Shown: one piece after another, positions 56,728 to 64,000 of the stretch | Layout: every line of letters starts with the position of its first letter | Position numbering within the stretch: position 1 is the stretch's first letter | From: Verrucomicrobiota bacterium | Lineage (GTDB): Bacteria > Verrucomicrobiota > Verrucomicrobiia > Limisphaerales > JADLHS01 | Reading direction: 5' to 3' | NCBI GenBank assembly: GCA_029573725.1 | Contig: JAKQDQ010000122.1 | Location: 100,156-164,155, forward strand | Length of the DNA stretch: 64,000 bases | Notes under the pieces: generated by a model | The model's input: only the letters and a program-made list of their open reading frames with translations | Databases searched by the model: none | Told to the model about the DNA's origin: nothing | Program-made: the position numbers and the translations under genes

Positions 56728-59700
56728 ATGAAGACACGAACGATTTGGATTGCGGGAATTTTGGTTTTGGTCGCATTCGGCGGATTCATCCTGATCGGGC
56801 TGCTGAATCCCGCGCGACCTCTCCAATCCCAGGAACGAGTGGCCGGCCGACCGGGGTCGGCGGCGCCGGCGGCCGCCTCCGGCAGCAACACGCTGGCGGG
56901 CGGGGCGGGACCGGTCGCCACGGGGACGGCGCCGCGGCCGCCTGATTTCAATCCCTACGCGGGGGCCATCAAAACGCCGGGCAAGTCAAAACGCGCCTGG
57001 GATCTGCATTTCATGGCCGCGCATCAGCACGCGCAAGCGGGCGAGGCCATTGAATTCGAGTTGACGGAGGGGCGCATGGCCTCCGGGCATGTGCAAATCA
57101 CCCAATATCGCAACGGGGAGATGACGTATATCTCGGGGCAATTGGAGTTGCCGGAAGCCGGCGAATTTTTTTTCCTGACTCCGCCCGCTCTGGGTGTGGC
57201 CGGGCGCGCGGTGGGCGTGGTCCTGTTTGCCGGCAGTCAGACCGCGTATCGTCTCGAGCCCACCGGTCCCAACGGTGATCCGGAGTTGTGGGAGCGGCGC
57301 TGGGACGAGGTGATTTGCTCGCCTCCCCCGGTCTCGACGTTGGCCCGCAACGCCTCCGCGGAGGCGAATCGCACGGCGGAGATTCCGCCGTTGCGTCCCG
57401 ACGAAATCCCGACGTATGTGCCCGATTACAACAGCAATATCGTGTCATTGCAGAGTCTGCCAGGCGCGAAGGGGGTATTGTACCTCGATTTTGCGGGGGG
57501 CTACACGCCGACATGGGGCGGGGTTTATTATTCCCGGCCGGCGGCGGCGAACAATTACACCATTCGCGACGTCTGGAAGCGCGTGGCGGAAGACTACCTG
57601 CCCTTCAACATCAACGTGACTACGGATATCAAGGTGTATCTGGATGCCCCGGAAATCAGCCGGCAACGAGTGGCCTTCACCGATACGCCGGTCACCGCTG
57701 CGGGGGTGGCGATGATCGGTTCATGGAATTGGGGCGGCGACGTTCCGTGCTGGTCGGTTTATTCCACCGGCAAGAGTGCGGGTGAAGTGGCGTCACATGA
57801 GGCCGGCCACACTCTGGGTTTGGCCCATCAGGGCACCTCGTCGGAAGAATATTATGCCGGTCATGGCAGCGGGGAAACCGGGTGGGCACCCATCATGGGA
57901 GTGGGCTATTACCAGCCGGTGACCCAGTGGGCCAAGGGAGAATACAATGGCGCTACCCAACCCGAGGACGAGCTGAATCTCATCACCGCCAACAACAACA
58001 CGGCGTATCGGGCGGATGACACCGGGGCATCCCTGGCCACCTCGCGATTCCTCGAAGTTTATCCCGATGGCTCGGTGGCGGCGGAAGGAGTGATTGAGCG
58101 AACGGGCGATACCGATGCGTTTCGGTTCAGCACGACGGGCGGGGAGGTGGCATTGACGGCGCGGCCGGTGGGCGATTGGTCCAATCTTGGGCTGGCCGTG
58201 TCCGTGGCGGATGATGCCAATGCAGTCCTTCACACCAACAACCAATCCAACCGGCTTTGGGGCAGCATCAAAACCAATCTGCCACCCGGCACCTACACGT
58301 TCCGGGTGACGGGGGTTGGAAAGAACAATCCTCTCAACAACGGTTTCTCGGCCTACGCCAGCTTGGGCTATTATTCCATTGTCGGCTCCGTGCCGGGCGC
58401 GGTGCCGGCCACCCGGTTGCAGGTATGGGAAGCGGCGACCAATGGCACCGCCGTGGGCCTCATCCCGCCCCCGGTTGCGGGCGACCTGGCTTACGCTATT
58501 GCCGCCGGCAATTCCAATCAGACCTTTGCGGTTGATAACAACGGGTTGCTGACTGTCGCCAACAATGCGCTGTTGCATTACGACCAGTTGGCGTCCAATG
58601 CCGTCTATTGGGTGGGGTTTGAACTGTTCGTCAATATTACGAATCGCGATAATCCCGCGCTGACGGAGTTGCATCGTCGCGTCGTCGTCGAGGTGCGCCG
58701 CACCGGAGGCAGTTATCCCCTCGCCGTGAGTGGGTTCAATGCCGGGGTTATTTTGCCTTATAACGCCACGGTTGCCAGTCCCCAGACTACGGGGTTTGAC
58801 GTGCCGAATCGCTGGGCGTTTTACCAGGCGGGGTTGAACGGGAACGCGCAAATCGTGGCGAACACGCACGGATTGCAGGGACTGCCATCGAGTCGCATCG
58901 TGCGCGGGCAGGGGGATGGGGCGGTGTTTGAGCTGGGACCGTACGGCGGTCTCAATGCGCTGATGCTCGGGTACACCTACACCGCGGCGGGGACGTTGAC
59001 CTTGACGCCGCCGCTGGCGCTGAACCGCATTTCCGTGCTGGCCAGCTCCGCCAATGGCGGGGGGGTGGGCACGTTCGTGCTGAACTTTACCGATGGCACA
59101 CACAGTTCCCCGTTCAGTTTCAACGCGCCGGATTGGTATTACCAGACGGCCAATGTGGCGTGGCAGGGATTTGGGCGGGTGCGCCTGGGGGCCGGCAGCT
59201 TTAACACGGAAAATCCGGGCTGGGATAATCCCAATCTTTACCAAACGACCGTTGACCTGGCCGCGCTGGGTTTGAACAAGACGATTCAATCCCTCACGTT
59301 CACGGGGCCGCCGGTCGGCGGTACGCGCACCACCGCCATTCTGGGGATCAGCGGAGAGGTCATGCCGGCGCGGGTCGTTATTGTCCAGTCCCCGGTTTCC
59401 CAAACCAACAACGCCCCGGCCAGTCCCAGCACGTTCACGGTGACAGCCATGGGCGCGCCGGTGTTGCATTATCAATGGCATCGCGGCGTTCCAGGGAGCA
59501 GCGTGACGCTGCCGGGGGCCAACGCTGCGACGCTGACGCGGTTCCCCGTGACGCCGGCGGAAGCGGGAAATTATTTTGTGGTGGTCAGCAATGATTGGGG
59601 GGCCGTGACCAGTGCTGTGGCCACGCTAACCGTGCATCGCGAGCCGCAGATTTTGGCTCCGCCCGGGCCTGCTTATACCGCCCGGGCCGTGGGCCGGAGC

Positions 59701-61374
59701 GTCAGCTTCTCTGTCGGCGCCGTGGGCGCGCAGCCTTTGTACTTTTTCTGGCAAAAAGACGGGACGAATTTGCCGGGGGCAATTTCCCCCACCCTCAACC
59801 TGCCCAGCGTGCAGCCCGCTCAGGCGGGCGCTTATTCGGTGTGGGTGAGCAACGCTTTTGGCAGCGTGGTGAGTGGCGCCGTGCTGCTGGCGGTTACCAA
59901 TGCCACTTACCCGTACGCCCAATTGGTGCTCGCCGACAACCCCGTCGGGTATTGGCCCTTGAACGAGACGGGCGGCGCGACGGCTTATGACTGGGCGGCG
60001 GGGCGCGACGGCGTGTACCACGCCACGCAACTGGGGCAACCGGGACATCGCCTGGTGGACACCCATACCGCGGCGCGGTTTGGATTTCTTGCGGCACAGA
60101 ACAGTTATGTGGGCAGCATTCCCATGGATTTTGGCAGCGCCCCGAACCAAAGCCTGACGGTGGAAGCCTGGGTGAAAAGCACCAGTCTGCCTGCATCGGA
60201 CGCCGGTTTGATCACCAAGGGCACGGGTGCGGGCGGTGAACAGTTCAATCTGGATTGTGGCGGCCCGGGGCGGGCGTTCCGGTTTTTTGTGCGGAAGGAT
60301 GATGGCGGCACCGTAATCGCCGCGGGCAATGTGCCGCCCAATAACCAATGGCAACACGTGGTGGGCGTGCTCAATCGGTCCGCCGGTTATGTGGCTTTGT
60401 ACGTCAATGGGATTTCCAACGCCGCCGCCAACAATTTTCCGACCGAACCGTTCCGCGGCCTGTTGCGCAGCACCAATGCAATGACCATCGGGTCCCGGCA
60501 GGAGGGAGCCGGCGCTTACAACTTTCAATTCAAGGGCTACATGCAGGATGTGGCCGTGTATGATCACGCGTTGTCACCCGCGCGGATCCTCGCGCATTTC
60601 CAGGCGGCCAGCAATCGGCCGCCCGTGTTCGCGCACGACCCCATCGTGCGTCCGACGGCCAACGCCGGGCAGTTTTACAGCAGTGCCATCAACACCGAGG
60701 CAGATGATCCGAACGGGGACGCCATCTTTTTCACCAAGGTGAGTGGCCCGGGCTGGTTGACGGTGGCGAACAACGGGGCGATCAGCGGGATCCCGGCACC
60801 TGACCAGCCCAACACCAATGTCTTCGTGGTCAGCGCTCGCGATGCGGTCGGGGCGTTCAACACGGCGACCCTGCTGATTGCCGTCAATGTGCATCCGCTG
60901 TTTCTGACCGATCCGCTGACTCTGCCGGATGTCAGTCCCGGAGGCAGTCTGGCGGGCAACCTTGCCACCAACGTGACGGATCTGAATCCCGGCGACGTGC
61001 TGAGTTTTGCAAAAATCAGCGGGCCGCCGTGGGTGCAAGTGGCGGCCGGGGGCGCGATTTCAGGCACCCCAACCAGTGCGGACGTCGGAGATCACGCGGT
61101 CGGGGTCAGCGTCACCGATTTGGGCGGGCTCTCGGCCAGCGCCACGCTCTTGGTGCGGGTGGTGCCACTGGCCGCCCCGTTGCAGGTCAGTTTGCTTTCA
61201 CAAGGCGAACACCTGCTGCTGGCCTGGACCGGCGGCACGCCCCCCTATCAAGTGGAAATGACCACGAACCTGGCGCACCCGGAATGGCTGCCGCTCGGCG
61301 AGCCGACGACCGCGACCTCCCGGCTGGTGACGCCGAGCAACGCCGCCACCTTCTATCGCCTGCGCGGCAATTGA
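56728..61374 (+). CDS. giant membrane-anchored exoprotein: Zn-metalloprotease, PPC, cadherin-like, 2x Ig, LamG and 2x cadherin/He_PIG-like domains, plus a C-terminal module
   Basis: The N-terminal TM helix is IWIAGILVLVAFGGFILIGLL. HEAGHTLGLAH sits at nt 57796-57828. GDTDAFRF is the pre-peptidase C-terminal (PPC) motif. The Ig-like repeats read (...YQWHRG...AGNYFVVVSNDWG; ...FFWQKDG...AGAYSVWVSNAFG). The LamG region is (VEAWVK...WQHVVGV...LYVNG). The tail ends ...ATFYRLRGN. Confidence 0.75.
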   Translation: MKTRTIWIAGILVLVAFGGFILIGLLNPARPLQSQERVAGRPGSAAPAAASGSNTLAGGAGPVATGTAPRPPDFNPYAGAIKTPGKSKRAWDLHFMAAHQHAQAGEAIEFELTEGRMASGHVQITQYRNGEMTYISGQLELPEAGEFFFLTPPALGVAGRAVGVVLFAGSQTAYRLEPTGPNGDPELWERRWDEVICSPPPVSTLARNASAEANRTAEIPPLRPDEIPTYVPDYNSNIVSLQSLPGAKGVLYLDFAGGYTPTWGGVYYSRPAAANNYTIRDVWKRVAEDYLPFNINVTTDIKVYLDAPEISRQRVAFTDTPVTAAGVAMIGSWNWGGDVPCWSVYSTGKSAGEVASHEAGHTLGLAHQGTSSEEYYAGHGSGETGWAPIMGVGYYQPVTQWAKGEYNGATQPEDELNLITANNNTAYRADDTGASLATSRFLEVYPDGSVAAEGVIERTGDTDAFRFSTTGGEVALTARPVGDWSNLGLAVSVADDANAVLHTNNQSNRLWGSIKTNLPPGTYTFRVTGVGKNNPLNNGFSAYASLGYYSIVGSVPGAVPATRLQVWEAATNGTAVGLIPPPVAGDLAYAIAAGNSNQTFAVDNNGLLTVANNALLHYDQLASNAVYWVGFELFVNITNRDNPALTELHRRVVVEVRRTGGSYPLAVSGFNAGVILPYNATVASPQTTGFDVPNRWAFYQAGLNGNAQIVANTHGLQGLPSSRIVRGQGDGAVFELGPYGGLNALMLGYTYTAAGTLTLTPPLALNRISVLASSANGGGVGTFVLNFTDGTHSSPFSFNAPDWYYQTANVAWQGFGRVRLGAGSFNTENPGWDNPNLYQTTVDLAALGLNKTIQSLTFTGPPVGGTRTTAILGISGEVMPARVVIVQSPVSQTNNAPASPSTFTVTAMGAPVLHYQWHRGVPGSSVTLPGANAATLTRFPVTPAEAGNYFVVVSNDWGAVTSAVATLTVHREPQILAPPGPAYTARAVGRSVSFSVGAVGAQPLYFFWQKDGTNLPGAISPTLNLPSVQPAQAGAYSVWVSNAFGSVVSGAVLLAVTNATYPYAQLVLADNPVGYWPLNETGGATAYDWAAGRDGVYHATQLGQPGHRLVDTHTAARFGFLAAQNSYVGSIPMDFGSAPNQSLTVEAWVKSTSLPASDAGLITKGTGAGGEQFNLDCGGPGRAFRFFVRKDDGGTVIAAGNVPPNNQWQHVVGVLNRSAGYVALYVNGISNAAANNFPTEPFRGLLRSTNAMTIGSRQEGAGAYNFQFKGYMQDVAVYDHALSPARILAHFQAASNRPPVFAHDPIVRPTANAGQFYSSAINTEADDPNGDAIFFTKVSGPGWLTVANNGAISGIPAPDQPNTNVFVVSARDAVGAFNTATLLIAVNVHPLFLTDPLTLPDVSPGGSLAGNLATNVTDLNPGDVLSFAKISGPPWVQVAAGGAISGTPTSADVGDHAVGVSVTDLGGLSASATLLVRVVPLAAPLQVSLLSQGEHLLLAWTGGTPPYQVEMTTNLAHPEWLPLGEPTTATSRLVTPSNAATFYRLRGN

Positions 61375-61381
61375 GCCTGCT

Positions 61382-61397
61382 GATGCTGGCGAGCATC
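61382..61397. terminator. short hairpin in the 23-nt gap between convergent genes
   Basis: GATGCT (61382-61387) / AGCATC (61392-61397) with a 4-nt loop. There is no U-tract. Confidence 0.25.
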
Positions 61398-62903
61398 TCA
61401 CCGCATCAATACCGGACGGACAAGTTCGGCCAGCAATTTATAGCCGGCGGCGTTGAAATGTAACCGGTCATTGCGGAACAGTTCGCCGCGGATGCGACCG
61501 TTGGCGTCAAAAGTGAAATCGAAGACGTCGAGGTATTTCACCTTGGGCTGGGTCTGTGCGTAAGCAGCGACCAATTCATTCAACGCGCGTTCCCGCGCCG
61601 CCGAATGCCAACGGCTCGGACTGTTGTTCCATGCCAGGAAGACAATTTCCGTGTCCGGCAGCCGCGCATGCACCGTGGCCACGAAATCCTTGAAGTCCTG
61701 GCAGGTGCTTTCGGGGCTTTTGCCGGCCTGCAAATCGTTGCCGCCGGAGCGGAAAATGATCTGGCGCGGTGCGTAGGGGAAAATGATGCGCGCGGCGAAG
61801 TGCGTGACGTCTTCAATTTCCGAGCCACCGAAACCGCGGTTGATCACCGGCAGGCCGGGGAAATCCCGGGCGAGACTCTCCCAGAGGCGGATGGTGGAGG
61901 AGCCGGTGAACAGAATGCCGTGTTGCGGCGGGGGGTTGGTTTTATCCTGGGCGGCAAAGGCGGCCATCTCCTTGTCCCAGATGCCAAAGTTGCGGTGCTC
62001 GGGCACAATCCAGCGGTTGAAGCGCATCCACTCGGCACAGCGCTCCGGCCATTTGGCGAAAGGACCATCCTGGGGGGTGAGCCGGGCACCGGGGGTGCCG
62101 GCGGTGTAATCGTGCATCTCCGCGGGCACCCCGGCCCGGCGGAGTGCCGCATAGAACGTCAGGGCATTTTCCACCGGCACACGCGCATCGGCGAGGGTGG
62201 CGACCAGGAAAACGGGTGGGGTATTTGAGCGGACCTGGTTTTCCAGCGAGAGCAGCTGGATCTGGGCGGGTGTGGGCGAGGCGCCAAGGAGCGCGTGGCG
62301 TGAACCGGGATGTGTAAACGGGTCGGTCAATGTGATGAGCGGCTGGAGCAGGACTGCGAAATTGGGCCGGGCGTCCACCTGGTCCAGTGCGTGTCCCGTT
62401 TTGCCCGCCGGGCTGGACCACAAGGTGGCCGCGCACGCCGCGAGATGTCCCCCGGCGGCGGTGCCCATGACGCCGATGCGGTGTGGCATGATGCCGAATT
62501 CATCCGCCCGGGAGCGCACGATCCGCACGGCGCGCAGAATGTCCTGCAGCGGCGCGGGATGCCCGTAATCCGCCAGCCGATGTTTGAGAACAAACACCGT
62601 AATGCCGAGCGCGTTCAACCATTGCGCCTCCTGCTGGCCGTCGCCGACGCGTTCGTAATCGCCGCCCGGCGCATAGATGATGGCTGCGCCGGTGGAGTGC
62701 CGCACATCGGGCGCGTGCCTCGTCAGCGTGGGGGATTGCACGTGACGGTAAAAGTGCTGTTCCGGCACTTCCACCAGACCGGTTTGAAGATCCGGCACGC
62801 CCTCCGGCCAAAGGGGAAGGACCGGCAATTCAGCCGCGGCGGGGTGCAGCACCAGGGCGACGAGTCCCCCGGCCACCAACCGCATAAAAACATGGGCACG
62901 CAT
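61398..62903 (-). CDS. secreted two-domain esterase-like protein: alpha/beta-hydrolase (BD-FAE-like) domain plus SGNH/GDSL hydrolase domain
   Basis: I start it at ATG 62903 (MRAHVFMRLVAGGLVALVLHPAAA, a signal peptide). The N-terminal domain reads ...IIYAPGGDY...IGVMGTAAGGHLA. The C-terminal domain has SGNH blocks FTGSSTI, RGFGGSE, RSGGND and DRLHF. Confidence 0.7.
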   Translation of the reverse strand: MRAHVFMRLVAGGLVALVLHPAAAELPVLPLWPEGVPDLQTGLVEVPEQHFYRHVQSPTLTRHAPDVRHSTGAAIIYAPGGDYERVGDGQQEAQWLNALGITVFVLKHRLADYGHPAPLQDILRAVRIVRSRADEFGIMPHRIGVMGTAAGGHLAACAATLWSSPAGKTGHALDQVDARPNFAVLLQPLITLTDPFTHPGSRHALLGASPTPAQIQLLSLENQVRSNTPPVFLVATLADARVPVENALTFYAALRRAGVPAEMHDYTAGTPGARLTPQDGPFAKWPERCAEWMRFNRWIVPEHRNFGIWDKEMAAFAAQDKTNPPPQHGILFTGSSTIRLWESLARDFPGLPVINRGFGGSEIEDVTHFAARIIFPYAPRQIIFRSGGNDLQAGKSPESTCQDFKDFVATVHARLPDTEIVFLAWNNSPSRWHSAARERALNELVAAYAQTQPKVKYLDVFDFTFDANGRIRGELFRNDRLHFNAAGYKLLAELVRPVLMR

Positions 62904-62937
62904 CCAGCCATTTTGGGCCTGACGCGGGCGACGGCAA

Positions 62938-63867
62938 TCAAAAGTTTCCTTCCCAATCACGGCGCACGGCCGGATGCTCCCATGTGGCCCGGATGGCCTC
63001 GGGAGATTTGCCGCGCGCGCCGAGTGCGCGCAAACTCAACGCGTCATGCCGCTTGGCCAGCCGTTGCCCCCGGGCGTCCAACAGCAACGCGCCGTGGAAA
63101 AAGCGCGGCGCGGTCCAGTTGAGTGCCCGATAGAGCAGGAGTTGGCGCGCCGTGGACTTCAACAGGTCGGCCCCGCGCACCACCTCGGTGATTTGCATGG
63201 CGGCATCATCCACCACGCAGGCCAGTTGATACGCCGGCACATCGTCCGGACGCCAAACCACAAAGTCGCCGAAATCCTTTCCGGCGACGAAGGTCTGGAC
63301 GCCCAGGTTGCCGTCCACAAAGCGGATGACCTCGCCGTCGGGCACCCGGAAGCGCACTGCCGGCCGGCGTTGCGCGCCTGCGGGGGACTCCGGGGTCGGG
63401 CCGGGACCGGGCACATCGGACCAGGCGACCTGCCGATTGCGACAAAATCCGGGATACACCGGCTCGTCGTCATCTTCCGGATGTGGCGCCTGCACGGCGG
63501 TGGCGATGTCCTTGCGCGAGCAGGTGCAGGCATAGACGAAACCGCCGGCGCGCAGCCGCGCCAGTGCGGCGCGATATTGTGCCCTCCGTGCGCTTTGTGC
63601 GTAAGGAGCGAACGGACCGCCGCAATCCGGACCTTCGTCCCACGCGCAGCCGAACCAGCGCAGATCGTGGTACATGGCGGCGACGAATTCCGGTTTGCAA
63701 CGGGCCTGGTCCAGATCGTCAAGGCGCAAAATCAGGGTGCCCTGCGCCTGCCGCGCGCGTTCCTGGGCGGTCCAGAACGTGCGCGCATGACCGAGATGCA
63801 AATAGCCGGTGGGTGAGGGGGCGATCCGTCCGCGGTAGGGACCTCGGGGCACGGAAGACGCAGTCAT
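62938..63867 (-). CDS. gluQ: tRNA glutamyl-Q(34) synthetase (GluRS catalytic-domain paralogue)
   Basis: 309 aa. RGRIAPSPTGYLHLGHARTFW (HIGH motif) and ...LRLDDLD... There is no anticodon-binding domain. It ends with the KMSKS-like ...RLAKRHD. Confidence 0.85.
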   Translation of the reverse strand: MTASSVPRGPYRGRIAPSPTGYLHLGHARTFWTAQERARQAQGTLILRLDDLDQARCKPEFVAAMYHDLRWFGCAWDEGPDCGGPFAPYAQSARRAQYRAALARLRAGGFVYACTCSRKDIATAVQAPHPEDDDEPVYPGFCRNRQVAWSDVPGPGPTPESPAGAQRRPAVRFRVPDGEVIRFVDGNLGVQTFVAGKDFGDFVVWRPDDVPAYQLACVVDDAAMQITEVVRGADLLKSTARQLLLYRALNWTAPRFFHGALLLDARGQRLAKRHDALSLRALGARGKSPEAIRATWEHPAVRRDWEGNF

Positions 63868-63876
63868 GCGGCAGGA

Positions 63877-64000
63877 TTAATCGGTGAGCAGGCTGATCAG
63901 GTCCAGACCGCGCTGCGTCAACTCCCACCGTCCGTTGCGTTGCGTCACCAATCGTCGGCAGGGATTGTTCTGGTGTTCCGCAGGATTGACTGCAAGCAGT
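63877..64000 (-). CDS. 3' end of a CDS that continues beyond the window (possibly a winged-helix regulator C-terminus)
   Basis: An open frame of 41 codons runs from the window edge to TAA (63877-63879). It translates to ...LLAVNPAEHQNNPCRRLVTQRNGRWELTQRGLDLISLLTD*. The R-x-G-R-W-E-LT-x-x-G pattern resembles a wHTH wing. It is not in the ORF track because there is no start codon in the window. Confidence 0.3.
   Translation of the reverse strand, partial: LLAVNPAEHQNNPCRRLVTQRNGRWELTQRGLDLISLLTD

Overview
This is a high-GC chromosomal segment. Its protein families (CxxCH haem domains of the Planctomycetes/Verrucomicrobia type, GH92, giant Ig/LamG/cadherin exoproteins, TPR proteins, exoprotein tails ending in F/LYR) suggest a PVC-superphylum bacterium, probably Verrucomicrobiota; this is inference only. 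I support about 46 CDSs and one tRNA(CAT).

The content is mostly core housekeeping:
- Translation and replication: pheT, valS, gluQ, holA, rpoD, comEC.
- Biosynthesis and central metabolism: hisB, metH, cimA, aroK, ppdK, an orphan trpB2, gcvH-grx-lipA, glcDF-like.
- Other: queG, rex.
- A complete sulfate-uptake locus: Rrf2 regulator, OprO/P-type porin, cysP, cysT, cysW, cysA.
- Secreted enzymes and a 1548-aa multidomain exoprotein.

I saw no transposase, integrase, phage, CRISPR, toxin-antitoxin or recognisable defence genes, so the window reads as ordinary core genome.

The signals that stand out most are:
1. A perfect 23-bp nested inverted repeat translated in-frame inside valS. It coincides exactly with a lineage-specific peptide insertion and looks like an in-frame palindromic-element insertion.
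2. A C-terminal module shared by two unrelated exoproteins.
3. A roughly 115-aa periplasmic insertion in CysT, within a porin-equipped, Rrf2-controlled sulfate locus.
4. An alpha/beta-hydrolase domain whose nucleophile Ser is replaced by Ala.

All coordinates were hand-indexed and cross-checked against the ORF-track reading frames. Family calls come from motif recognition, not from any search. Note that the track's 'M' is often GTG or TTG.
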